This document shows, in pieces, positions 48,700 to 60,698 of a stretch of DNA of 64,000 nucleotides. Source of the DNA: Centroscyllium fabricii (Eukaryota); the NCBI GenBank assembly GCA_051313645.2, contig JBNRSN020000032.1, positions 30,256,001-30,320,000 on the forward strand. Direction: 5' to 3'. Position numbers and translations under genes: made by a program. The notes below the pieces were generated by a model. That model did no database searches and was not told the DNA's origin. It saw only the letters and a program-made list of their open reading frames with translations. Positions within the stretch are counted from its first letter, which is position 1. Each line of letters starts with the position of its first letter.

Positions 48700-49830
48700 G
48701 GTTTAATTTATTGGAACCACAGTCTGATGAGGTAGTCATGGATTGTCTTTCCAGAAGGGCAATTGAGTAGCTGCCTCCTCCCTTGCTCCTGATCTTCTTC
48801 CCTCCCTTGTTCCTGTTCCTCCACCCCGCTCCCTCTTCCACCTCCTGAGTTGGTCCCGCAATCCCTGGTGGAAAGGGCTGGGCCCTCACAATGGCCAAGT
48901 TGTGCAGCATGCAGCAAACCCCCACGAAATGGGACACCTGCTCAGCCAAGTACTGGACGGCTCCTCCCAAGCGGTCATGTCATGGCAGCAGAACCATTGC
49001 TTCAGCACTCGACGGTCTGCTCGATGATGTTCCTGGTGGCAGCAGGGCTCTCATTATACGAGTGCTGAGCAGGAGTGTTGGGGTTACGGAGGGGAGTCAT
49101 GAACCAGTTGGAGAGTGGATAGCCCTCGTCTCCGACCAGCCAGCCGCAAGCTTGACGTGATGGCTGGAAGAGTGCTGGCACAGGATGGAGGCATCGTGGC
49201 TGCTGCCAGGATAGCGGGCATTCACATTGAGGATTCGCTGTCTGTGGTCGCACACCAACTGCACATTAAGTGAGCAGTAGTCTTTGCAGTTACGGAAGAC
49301 CTCAGGATTGTTATGCAGTGCCTGCAAAGCCACATGGGTACAGTGAATGGCACATTGCACCAATAGGAAGCCCGCTATCCTGGCAAAGCCACATGCACAT
49401 TCATCTTCCTTCTCTCTGGAGATGGGAAAGGAAATGTAGTCTCTTCTCCTACTGCAGAGAGTCTCTGTGACCACCCAGATGCAGTGATGGACAGCGAACT
49501 GAGATGTTCACTATATCATCTCCTGTTGCAGAATGGAAGGAACCGTTGGCGAAGAAATTGAGGGCGACGGTGACCTTGTCTGCCACCGAGAGCGCCGTGG
49601 TCAACCTGATTGGAGGCTCGAGATCTGGCTGCAGGAGGTGGCAGAGTTCAGTGACCTCTTCCTTGCTGAAGCAGAGCCTTCCAATGCATTGTTTGTTGCT
49701 AAATTGGAGGTAGGAGAAGTGCTCTCGGAATACCCTCTTGTTGAGAGCCCCTCCTCCTGCCCCTTGCCACATTTTGCAATCTTTCTCGCTGCCTCCGCTC
49801 CCTCTGCAGTCGATCATGGAGGGCAAGCTC
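48700..49830 (-). pseudogene. Harbinger (HARBI1-like) DDE transposase, frameshifted
   Basis: KVTVALNFFANGSF, AIHCTHV, SLNVQLVCD, YPGSSHD, LVGDEGYPL, TRNIIEQT, CCMLHNLA. Confidence 0.92.
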
Positions 49831-50272
49831 GACTGCCAGTACAGCCCCCAGTAACGTAACTAGGTGTAGTTTTTGAAATTTTGTCAGAATAAATGTAACA
49901 AATTTTTAATAGCCACAACACTCCTGATACTAAAGAACCTTTAAATGACTGTGCAAGAGTTTAATTCAATCGCAAACTGACAAGGAAGCAGTGAAACAGC
50001 ATGAACCGGACAGCTGCGACTGATCCCTTTAAATAATCGCCCCCGGAGCCGCCATCTGCCTGCTACACGTCCCCTCTTCGTCGTTGTTGGGACAAGGTGC
50101 TAAGGCAGGGGGCAATAATCAATTTGGCAGGTCAGGCACTCAATGAGCATTGCACGCTTACTGACATCATGATCTGCCTGGCGCTAAAGCCCCAGGCGGT
50201 AACCATTAGCGGCAGCGCTAAGGGGAGATTGGATTTGGCATGCAGTGCTGGATTTGCCTCTCCCCGGCGCTA

Positions 50273-50537
50273 CAGGTCCGGCACCGTTAATCCGGAAACT
50301 TCAGCTGTCCGGCACAAATCTGGGCCTGCAGACCATTCAAAATGGCCACCGCGCATGCGAAAACCATTCAAAATGGCCGCCACGCATGCACAGCGGCCAT
50401 TTTGATTGGCTGCGTATGCCCGGGTCTCTCCCCGACTGGTCTGCACATGTGCAGACCAAAGCTTCACTTTTTCAGATTTTACACTAGTCCGGCACCAGCC
50501 TGGTTCCGACGGTGCTGGATTAACGATGTCGGACCTG
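50273..50537. mobile_element. pogo/Tigger-like MITE in the Harbinger right end
   Basis: TA|CAGGTCCGGCACCGTTAATCC ... GGATTAACGATGTCGGACCTG|TA. Confidence 0.88.
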
Positions 50538-52741
50538 TACTTCATTAGTGCCCCTGCCAGGCGCTAACCAACCGAATTTATCCCCCTAAATATTTTCACA
50601 TGCAAACAAACCAACCTGAAATCGCTCTTCAATATTATATTTTTGAATTTACATTTCGGTTGTTTCTAGAGTCAAAAAATTGATTAATATTCATTATTTT
50701 AAAGTAATAACAAACGTATGTAAACAGCCCTTAGTTATTTTGCTACCTTTACAAATGGATAGAAAAATACTGAAATGCATTCAATTCAATTCAATTCAAA
50801 TAGCTTTATTGGCATGAATGGTATCAACCGTTGTTGCCAAAGCATTGTAACATACATAAAAAATATTACATTAGTAGAGCATTGTAACATACATAAAAAT
50901 AATATATTAGTAGACGTAATACTATGATGAATATAACCAACACTATATAGCAGCAGTAATAAAAACAGTACAAAGAAGCAGAGGTAAACACACAACTTAA
51001 AACAAGAGAGAAAACCTCAGCGGCATTCATTAATTTACTACAGCAATTAAACAGCTATTAATTTTCAGCATCAATAGCTTAATGCCTTCAAGTAGTAATT
51101 TCTTCAGGTATGGATGGTCTGAGTAGCAAAATGATTTCTCACCAGGAAGGATAAGGTGGGAGGCCAAGTAGATTTTCCGGACTACCGTTGTAATGGGGAA
51201 AAATGCTTTACATTTCTCCTCATTTTAGTATGAAAGAACATTTGCATACAAATTCATTTTCTTGGCAATGGGGAGAATGGGGTTTTACTCGCATGTTGTA
51301 TGGTACACGAGGCCCAATTTTAACTCCAGGCCAGTTTTCCTCTGACGATTAACAGTGCGAGTTAGAAACTCACTCACTGCTCTGCGAATGAGGCCCAGGG
51401 TATTTTACCAGCTAAGCCTCATTTAAGTCCAACTGGCTGACTTCCCGGCAGTTCCAGCTGAGAAGTCGCCAGGAAATTGGAGGCCATCCACCGAGATCAG
51501 ATAGGAGGTGGGATGGGCTGTCGGGGCTGTTCCGCAGAGGGATCTCGAGATCAGGAAGGAGGCAAGAGTTCTCAGCAGGGGTAGGCCCAAGCTGTCCATG
51601 TGGGGCCCCGAGGAGCCCTTCTGCTCCTCCTGACTCCACAAGAAAGTTGTAAAAATGTACATTTTTGGGCCTCTTCTGGCCAAAATGCTCTTTGCTGTTT
51701 TTTTCACCTGGTGGGAAACTTACCGCAGTTTCCTACTCAGGCTGCCAACTTAAAATTGTAGTCGGTCCCAGTGACATCATTGGCACCCAGCATGCACATG
51801 AATAAGGGCCCCACCAGCTTTGGTGGGTGTTCCTGTCGCCTGCTCTGCTGAGCAGGTTAAGAATCGGGAATATTCAACTCCTGGCGACTCCAGGGCGGGT
51901 AAGTAACCTGGGTGCTTACAACTGCCCACTCACCACCTGCCAGGCAGGTTGGGTTAAGGATTAAACTCACAACATAAGTTGCTTTTTCCCTACCCAGATA
52001 TTATTCCAGTATTGGCACTCAGTCTGTTGCAATCACAAAAGTGGAATACATTAACCCAGAACCAAATTTGAAAAGTAATATTAGATTTGTCCTATTTAAT
52101 TTAATGTGAATCAACGGCTGTCTCTGTTAATGAATTTTAACAGGTGTTTGCTAAAGTACCACATAATAGGCTTGTTAGCAAAATTGAAGCCCATGGGATA
52201 AAAGGGACAGTGGCAGCATGGATACAAAATTGGCTCAGGGACAGAAAACAGAGATTTGTGTTGACTGGCTGATTTTCAATTGGAAGGAGGCATACAGTGG
52301 TTTCCCCAGGATTCAGTACTGGGACCACTGCTGTTTTTGATATATATTAATAACTTGGACTTGGAGGTACAGAGCACCATTTTGAAATTTGCGTGGATAC
52401 AAAATTTGTAAGTGTAGTAAACGGTGAAGAAGATAGTGATAGACTTCAAGGGGTCATAGACATGCTGGTGGAATGGGCAGACACATGGCAGATGAAATTC
52501 AACGCAGGAAAGAAAGAGGCGATACATTTTGGTAGGAAGAATGAGGAGACAGTACAAGCTAAATGGTACAATGTTAAAGGGGGTGCACAAACAGAGATCT
52601 GGGGGTGCTTGTGCACAAATCTTTGAAGGTGGCAAGACAGGTTAACAAAGCAGTTAAAGCAGCATATGGGATCATGGGCTTTATAAACAGAGGCAGAGAG
52701 TACAAAAGCCAGGAAGTTATGTTAAACCTATATAAACATTA

Positions 52742-53033
52742 GGAGCCCTGTTCCTGGGACTAGGGACAGGGTCACTGGCAAGGCTTGGAAGCTAAGCAGA
52801 GCCAGGCCTGGTTAGTACTTGGATGGGTGACCACCAGGGAATACCAGGTGCAGAAGGTCACAAAAGGAGCCCCGCGGAGGGGCGGTTGGCTGAAGATTGT
52901 CGGAATGATGGAAAGATGGAATGGCGGCGCGCACAGACGCAGCGGCTTTGCTGGACTCTTGGGAGCTTGCAAGATCACATTTCGTTGTTCATGTACTTGT
53001 ACATTGTATAATGACAATAAAGTTGAATTATTA
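52742..53033 (+). mobile_element. 5S rRNA-derived SINE (SINE3-type) with Rex1-like 3' tail
   Basis: 52787-52858 matches 5S internal control region sequence (GGAAGCTAAGCAG...GCCTGGTTAGTACTTGGATGGG...GGGAATACC). The tail ends TGACAATAAAGTTGAATTATTA. It interrupts CR1 coding sequence. Confidence 0.75.
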
Positions 53034-53394
53034 TTCAGCCCCAGCTGGAGTAGTGTGTCCAATTCTGGGCATCACACTTTAGGAAGGTTGTGAAGGGATT
53101 TACTAGAGTGGTTCCAGGACTGAGGGAATACAGTTACATGGACAGACTGGAGAAGCTGGGGTTGTTCTCCTTAGAGCAGAGGAGATTTGATAAGAGGTGT
53201 TTAAAATCATAAGGGTTTAGATAGAGTAAATGAAGAAACTGTTCCCAATGGCTGAAGGGTCGATAAGGAGAAGACACCGATTTAAGGTTATTGGCGAAAG
53301 AACCAGAAGCGACATGAAGAAAAACTTTTTTACGCAACATGTGGTTAGGATTTGGAATGCACGGATGGATAGAGTGGTGGAAACAGATTCAATA

Positions 53395-53686
53395 CAGGTC
53401 CGACACTTAATCCGGAACCGACGGGACCAGGCCGGTGCCAGACAAGTGAAAAATCCAAACGATTGAAGCTTCGGCGAGCGCATGCGCTGACAATTCATAA
53501 TGGCCGCCGACCATTTTGAATGGTCTGCGCATGCGCTTGCCGAAGCATCAATCATTTGGGGAGGCCCGGGCATGCGCAGCCAAGCGCGGCGGCCATTTTG
53601 CGCATGCGCAGACCAGTCGGCTGGATTTGTTCCGGACGACTAAAGTTTCCGGATTACTGGTGTCCGGATTAACGGCGCCGGACCTG
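53395..53686. mobile_element. pogo/Tigger-like MITE
   Basis: TA|CAGGTCCGACAC-TTAATCC ... GGATTAACGGCGCCGGACCTG|TA. Confidence 0.88.
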
Positions 53687-54269
53687 TAGTAGCTTTCAAA
53701 GGTGTAATTGGATAAATACTTGAAGGAAAATAAATTGCAGGGATGTGGGGAAAGAGCCAGGGAATGTGACTAACTGGATTGCTCTTCGAAAGAGCTGGTG
53801 CAGACTGATGGGCCGAATAGCCTTCTCCTGTGCTGTACTATTCGATGATTCTATAACCATATTCTGATATCAAGTTGCTTCGTTTTTAAAATGCTGGCAC
53901 AAAATATTGGATCATTGAGCTCTGAAAATGTGACACCACCATTAGAGGAAAAATATTCAATCAGCAATTATTTTGGTGGACAGAGTTCCCATAATGTTGC
54001 TTAGAGAAAGTAAAAGCTCTTTCCCCACTTATATGGAGCCAAGCATCTGGAAAGCAGTTAAATATATGACTAATGCCAAGCTTTTCTTTCATATTATGAT
54101 CTCATATAATCTATATGTACAGATTTATGGAAACAAAAGATAGATCATATTAACTGTTTGTACAGGACACCGTTCAGAAGTAATCAAAATCTAAAGAACT
54201 AACCTTTAACATAAAATCTGGTTTACATACCTGTCCACTTAAGTGCCAACATAATTTGACATATTCACT

Positions 54270-54725
54270 GTGTCCAGTTTCTGGAATGAGAGGGTTGGCC
54301 CAGGAGGAGATGGGCCTGTATTCTCTGGTGTTTAGAAGATTGAGAGGTGATCCCACTGAAATGTATAACATTCTTAGAGGGCTTGACGGGGTAAATGCAG
54401 AGAGGCTGTTCCCCTTGACTGGAGAATCTAGAACTAAGGGTCATCGTCTCAGGATAAGGGGTTAGCCATTTTAGGACTGAGATAAGGAGAAATGTCTTCA
54501 CTCAGATGGTTGTGAACCTTTGGAATTCTCCACCCGGGAGGGCTGTGGAGGCTCAGTTGTTGAGTATATTCAAGACGGAGATCGCTAGATTTTTGGACAC
54601 TAAGGGAATCAAGGGATATGGGGCTAGTGCGGGAAAGTGGAGTTGAGGTAGAAGATCTTATTGAATGGCGGAGCAGGCTCGAGGGGCCATGTGGCCAACT
54701 CCTGCTCCTACCCATGTTCTTATGT
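54270..54725 (+). mobile_element. CR1 3' fragment
   Basis: GLYSLVFRRLRGD...GESRTKGH and a CR1 tail. Confidence 0.85.
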
Positions 54726-55313
54726 TTACACAAAACTGTGCAATAACTATTTGCGATCTACCCAAAAAGTTACATTTCTTAACTAAATTTATTTCTTCCT
54801 GTACTGAAGTGTTGCAGATCAAAACACCATCAGTCCATCACTTAGGAACAGGATTTTCTTTCCCCCCAGGCCACATGCTCGAATCCACTCAGTCGGAGAT
54901 GATCAGACCCAAGTGGCTGGTATGATTTTGATACAGGGTATTACCACTTGCGTCACTGAGGGCTTGCCCAATGGATAAATATGCATCACCAATCAAAATA
55001 ATACATGTATATACTCTGGAACTTATTGAACAGCCACGTTTTAGTATGTGTACAGGAGAAATGAGTGCACAAAATCACCTCCTACAACAAGCTAAAAAAT
55101 GGTACAGGACAGAAAGAGGACATTCGGCCCACCTTGCCTGTGCTGGCTCTTAAGAGCTATCCAATTAGTCCCACTCCCCTGCTCTTTCCACATAGCCCGA
55201 GAACCTTCCCACTCCCCTGCTCTTTCCACATAGCCCTAGAACCTTTCCCATTTTAAGTATTTATCCAATTCCCTTTTCAAAGTTACTATTAAATCTGCTT
55301 CCATCATCCTTGC

Positions 55314-56040
55314 AAGACTAAGGAACTCATTGTGGACTTCAGATGCCATCAAGCGAACCACCGACCAATTATCATAGGTGGGACACCGGTAGAAATAGTC
55401 AGCTGCTTCCGATTCCTAGGTCTGCAGATCTGACGATCTGACTTGGAACTATAACACCGAGGCAATGCTGAAGAAGGCACACCAGCGCCTCTACCCTCTA
55501 CGGTGCCTGAGGAAATGCGGCATAAGCACACAATGGCTTGTGAACTTTTACCGCGGCACCATAGAGCGTGTCTTGTCGGGTGGCGTCACTGTGTGGTATG
55601 GCAACACCACTGCTCAGGACAGGAAAGCCATTCAGAGGGTCGTGAGGACAGTAGAAAAAATTAGCGGGTGTGCACTTCCATCCATTGAGGAGATCTTCCA
55701 GACCAGATGTCGGAACAAGGCCCGCTCCATCATCAAGGACCCCAATCACCCTGGGCACGATCTGTTCTCCCTCCTGCGGTCCGGCCGTCGGTACTGCAGC
55801 ATCCGAACCAGGACCAGCAGGTTGAAAAACAGTTTCTACCCACAGGCAGTGCGCCTACTGAACTGCTAACTGCACTCGTTACTTATTTGTTTATTTGATT
55901 ATTATTTTTTCTATATTTATACTTGTTTTTTTTTTTCACTTTTTACTTTTTGCTTTTCTACATTTATAATTGTGGGAGTGAATGGGGAGTAAGCATTCCA
56001 TTGTATGAGTTACACATGGCAATAAAATTATCTTGAATCT
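55314..56040 (+). mobile_element. Rex1/Babar LINE 3' fragment
   Basis: KTKELIVDFR...KKAHQRLY.LR...VWYGN...HPGH.LF.LL.SGRRY.SI..RT.RLKNSFYPQAVRLLN; tail GGCAATAAAATTATCTTGAATCT. Confidence 0.88.
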
Positions 56041-56154
56041 TTCAGGCAGAGTATTCCTGATCATAACTCGTTGCGTAAAAACTTCTGCTCATCGCCCCTT
56101 AGATTCTTTTGAGAGTTATCACTTCTCTTGTTGATAATTTTGATAAAAGATTGT

Positions 56155-56820
56155 GGGCTAGAAATTGGGTGCCTTTGTGCCTCCCATTAGCATCCCCGGG
56201 GGGCAAATGGCTTTGCGACCGGGCGCGACGCGGACATCGACTCCCTCCATATTCGGCGGGAGTTTAGCGTCGGCGCTACAGCATTGCGCCCTGAACTGCT
56301 TCACCCGGAGATCGTGACCTCCCATGTGCATCACCCCGGACCCAAAATTGACTTTCACCCCCTGCAGCAGCGTCGGTCGAAAACAGACAGCTGCAGGAAG
56401 CATGCATCGGGCAGCCGGCCGCTTCGGGAGCGATGATTAAAGGCAAGGTGACCGAGGCAAGTAATAAAGGCAAGGTGACAGAGGTAAGTAAAAAAAACTT
56501 TCCTGTTGAAGTTTTTTTCCACAGGTTCCTGCCCGCGATTGATCAGCCCGGCACTCAGCACTGGATCGTGGCTGTCTTGGTGCTCCAGATAGGTAATTTT
56601 TCTATTGCAGAGCCTGCAGTGATGGCCCTTCCCTTGAAGGGAGGGAAGGAGCTTTTGAACATGGCAGTGCTGCAGGGCCCAGTGTGCAGCGCTGCTGAAG
56701 TCTCCGCCCCGCCTGCTGCCGATTGCACTCCAAGAAGGAAGTGGGGTGCTAAAACTCAATTTCGCAGTCACCGGCGCTAAAGTTAGCATCCCAAAATGGG
56801 CGATACTGAATTTTCCCCCC
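56155..56820. mobile_element. Harbinger-type MITE
   Basis: Termini GGGCTAGAAATT / AATTTTCCCCC, GC-rich subtermini, no ORF. Confidence 0.5.
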
Positions 56821-57899
56821 ATAATTTCAAAATAAAAGTATGCCCATTGCAAATTCCTGTCCTGATCCAGACTGCAGTTGGATTTAACCATTTTTATTAG
56901 ATTTTAAAACCAGTGCACACAAATCTGAATTAAAGATCAAGACATAAACCAATCACAGAGGGATCAACCTGCATTTGAACAACAATAATCTGTGTAGCCC
57001 GGTACTCACAGATAACAATAATGGCCTGGATGTTGTGGTCAATGGCAAAGAACAGTTGCTCACAGACTTGAGGGCTTTTGAGTGACAACTTGCAGTATTG
57101 AGATCCGTTCCAGCATGGTGAGATTTGTGGTAATTAGAGTCAACACACCACAGTGCCCTCCAAAGGGGATCTGTGGTGAGTGAACAGAAAAAGCAACAGC
57201 ATGGCTCTTCAACCAATCAGATTGCAAAATCCTCAGAATTTTGCCAGTGCTCAGGGGGTGCGTTTGGAGGTGGGACATCCGGCAAAATCTCAGACTGACA
57301 GCGGGTCAGAAACCCGGTGTCAACCCGCCTCCAAAACAATCTTTCCAGGTGTCGGGTCCCCGATTTGCACCTGGACTCAACACCTAGCAGAGGGAAGAGG
57401 ATAATAGGCACTTAACTGCAAGGCAGTTAAGAGGCTTATTGCAATTTTGACAGGTCTACTGTGGGCTTCCCGAAGTCTGGACACCATGCCAGGTATGGCG
57501 TGCTGTGGGTCTACTGTAATGTTCTACATTGATGACAGCTGCAGAAGCGGTTTGATGGATCCAATGGTACACTGTTGAGTTTGACGTAAGAGACGTTGGG
57601 AAAATCATTTTTCATGCATTTACATTTTTCTGTAGGTAACAAGTTTTGGATTGTGTGTATAGTCCCACCTCATTGGAAGAACCTCTCACCAATGACAGAT
57701 TGCTTCTGTAACCTCACCTGCAGCTACCATCGGTTCTAGCCCAAGGAAGAAGTCACTGGAGAACCTGGGTGCAAGGACTCACCTTTGTACAGTGATTGTC
57801 AGTGTTTGCAGCATCTCAATTCAGCGGTCAAAAAATATTGTGCATGGTCCCTTTAAGAAAACCAGCAGATGATATGTCATCTGACACCGGCTTCCTCTT

Positions 57900-58142
57900 A
57901 CTTGGCTGGCAGGGCGTGACAAAACCGCTTGCCCGGGGCAAGCAAAATGCGATGGGCAAGCAAAAGAAAAATCACACTTGACGATGGCGACGGATACGGG
58001 TGGGTGGATCCCGCCCTGGAGACAGGTGCGGATTGGCCGGGGGGGCGCAGCGGTGATTGGAAGAGGCGGCATGTCAATCGTGACGGAGCAGCAATCAAGT
58101 TAGGTGGAGCGGGCTGGTGGAACGCGGCAAGAGTGGGTCGGT
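57900..58142 (+). promoter_or_regulatory. CpG-rich promoter-like region upstream of the QKI exon
   Basis: Locally CpG/GC-rich, with two inverted CCAAT boxes (GATTGG near 58031 and 58055), ~0.7 kb upstream of the ATG. Confidence 0.45.
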
Positions 58143-58605
58143 AATAACAGCAAAAAGTGCTGGGGGGGGGGGGGCGGGGGGGCTCGGTGGGCCAGACAGC
58201 ATTGGTGGAGAGAGGTGTGGAGTCGACGTTTCGGGTCGGGACCCTTTATGAGAGGCGCTGGGATTCCTGCCCCTCCAGGCAGCTGGGAGTGTCCGAGCGC
58301 CGGGTTCAATTCATTTGTGCGCTGTGCTTTAGCCGGTGTGTGTGACAGGCCGGCCGGCCGGTGCTTTCACCCCCGGGAGGACAGGAGTGGACTCTGCATG
58401 TGTTCAGGTCCCCGCTGAAGATTTTTTTGTGTGTGAGGTTACATTAAACCGCATTCTCTCAATGGGTTTAAAGTTAGTATTGATGGGGGGTCCCAACCCA
58501 AAACGTCGACTCTGTTTCTCTCCACCGATGCTGCCTGGCCTGCTGAGTTTTTCCAGCATTTTCTGTTATTTCGGATTTCCAGCATCTACAGTATTTTGCT
58601 ATTGT
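58143..58605. mobile_element. Penelope-derived element with inverted terminal repeats in the QKI 5' region
   Basis: Inverted arms around a unique core. 16-bp TSD GCAAGAGTGGGT(C/T)GGT (58127-58142, 58606-58621). Confidence 0.7.
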
Positions 58606-58763
58606 GCAAGAGTGGGTTGGTGCCGTAGACCCTCTGAGGGGAGAAAAAACCGGAGCGGCTTCTGAGAAGAAACAAAACCCCAACAACTCGGTCTTTAATT
58701 CTTTGGATCAATTATAAAACCTTTATAATTAGTCCTCAGAGGGGGGGAAATATATCTAAAAGA

Positions 58764-59177
58764 ATGGTGGGGGAAATGGAAGTGAAGGAGAAGCCGAGAC
58801 CCAATCGTGACTATTTGATGCAGCTGATGAATGACAAGAAGCTGAGGTCGAGCCGGCCCAACTTTTGCGGCATCTTCACAAGAGGGCACGAGCACAAGAT
58901 TCAAGGAGGAAGATTCAGAAGGGATGGCAGGGGCAAGTTCTTTACGCAGAGAGTGGTCGGGGAATGGAATAGGCTACCATCTGAAATAGTGGATGTGGAC
59001 AGTCTGGGTGCTTTTAAAAGGATGATAGACAGGTACATGGAGGGGAAGGAAGAGTAGGGGGGACAAGAAAAATCAGAGACGGACTAAGGGCGGCACTACA
59101 TTGAGGGCCCAAGGGCCTGTACAGTGCTGTATGTTCTATATATATGTTCACGCACCTGGAGCGGCTGCTGGACGAAG
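58764..59177 (+). pseudogene. QKI: Quaking (STAR family) first coding exon, disrupted by a LINE insertion
   Basis: [39 protein letters not shown] + HLERLLDE|GT. The two parts give 116+26 = 142 coding nt, the exon-1 length recalled for human QKI. Confidence 0.92.
58880..59146 (+). mobile_element. CR1 3' fragment inserted in QKI exon 1
   Basis: RGHEHK...FFTQRVV.EWN.LP and a CR1-like tail. TTCAC is duplicated at 58875-58879 and 59147-59151. Confidence 0.9.
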
Positions 59178-60174
59178 GTAGGCGGGGAGAGAGAGTGAGG
59201 GGGCCCACGGCCTGCGGAGGCTTCACAGAAAGTTTGGTAAATGAGGGANNNNNNNNNNNNNNNNNNNNNNNNNNNNNNNNNNNNNNNNNNNNNNNNNNNN
59301 NNNNNNNNNNNNNNNNNNNNNNNNNNNNNNNNNNNNNNNNNNNNNNNNNNNNNNNNNNNNNNNNNNNNNNNNNNNNNNNNNNNNNNNNNNNNNNNNNNNN
59401 NNNNNNNNNNNNNNNNNNNNNNNNNNNNNNNNNNNNNNNNNNNNNNNNNNNNNNNNNNNNNNNNNNNNNNNNNNNNNNNNNNNNNNNNNNNNNNNNNNNN
59501 NNNNNNNNNNNNNNNNNGGCCACAATCCCCACCCACTGAGGGGGGCTGCACTTCGCATCAACCACTCCATTTAAAAAAATAAAGTCTTGATTTAATCAGA
59601 TTGATTCCCGGTAGTGTTTAATTTATTATTTTAATTCCTCCCCCCGCCCCCCACCATTTTCCTCCCCCCGCCAACCTCCATTTTGGGACATTAGGCTGCG
59701 GGTGATGCCTACAAATAAACATTTTTCATATACGAGCACACAACAATGACCGACAGAATAAGACTGCAGGTCCATCCAGCCTGTCCCACACAACTGTGAT
59801 GCCCTCCTCGTGTGTCACAATCTACAATGCCCACCCCACGCGAAAGCCAGATAATCTCCGGGGAAGAGGCAAAGAAACTGATAAAACCCAGACCAATAAG
59901 GGGGGGGGGGGGGAAATCTGGAAAATTACTCTGCAGCCCCCTTAGGCAATTAAAGTTAGTCCAGGAGACCACACTGGCCCTGGTTGATATTGCACCGTAC
60001 CTACCTCTTGTACGAGGTGATCTCCACACCAGCCAGAATCCAATCTAGATCTCGCCTCGAGATTCAGCAGATAAGCAAGCGGCAGCCTGTTCCATAGGTT
60101 CACTATTGTGGGGGCGGAGGGGGCTGCGGGGAGTGGGTGAAGCACCTCCTAACATCTAACCTAGGTCTGGCTTT

Positions 60175-60698
60175 ACACTATGCAAGGTCTAGTCAGCTCA
60201 GAGACTTTCAGCAACATCCTGCATGTGATCGAGATTATGATCTTGCCACTCTCTACTGCAGCCTTCGAGAGGGGGTTCTCTTTAATGAAGCGCACAAAAA
60301 GTGACTGGAGATCTGGGCTCACAGTAGACATGCTACTCAAGCTCATGTCCCCTTCTCTCCATGGCCCAGCAGTTGAGCATTTTGATGCAACAGGTGCAGT
60401 TGCTAGATGGCTGAAGGCTGGCAATCGCCACTTAGCTTCACATTGACAATAACTGAAAATTTACTTTAAGCCTGTCAGGTCTGTACAAAACTTGTGCTGT
60501 TAATGTATCATCTTTTTGCAATGTTCTTCACTGACTTGTCCATCTATGGCTTTATATTGAAGCATTTAAAATAAAAATGTAAATTCTTTATTTATTTCTT
60601 TAAAAACTTAAGGCAAGTGAAATTTGTGTTCGGGCAAGTATTTTAGAAATCCACTTGCCCGACTGGGCAAGTGAAAAACATTTTTTTGTAGCACCCTG
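60175..60698 (+). mobile_element. hAT transposon 3' remnant (dimerisation domain + right terminus)
   Basis: LPLSTAAFERGFSLMKRTKSDWRS.L motif; end ...GTAGCACCCTG; palindromic CACTTGCCC/GGGCAAGTG subterminal repeats. Confidence 0.75.

Larger units (their letters stand above)
41630..50586. mobile_element. Decayed PIF/Harbinger DNA transposon (convergent Myb/SANT and transposase genes), span includes nested inserts
   Basis: Two Harbinger-type genes. Right end ...GCGCTAACCAACCGAATTTATCCCCC; GCGCTAA subterminal repeats at both ends. Left terminus degenerate and approximate. Confidence 0.8.
52140..53853 (+). mobile_element. Older CR1 3' fragment carrying a 5S-derived SINE and a MITE
   Basis: Eroded RT motifs (KF.DTK, WADTWQMKFN, NFFTQHVV) and a CR1 tail. 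Confidence 0.85.

Noticed and set aside
52787-52858. 5S rRNA gene
   Set aside because: The 5' third is missing, the rest is diverged, there is no oligo-T terminator, and it is embedded in a SINE-like insert.
54870-54920. Exon-like segment with CAG acceptor and GTATGA donor
   Set aside because: No recognisable protein in any frame; could be chance.
59014-59582. ORFs spanning 59249-59517
   Set aside because: Artefacts of the assembly gap.
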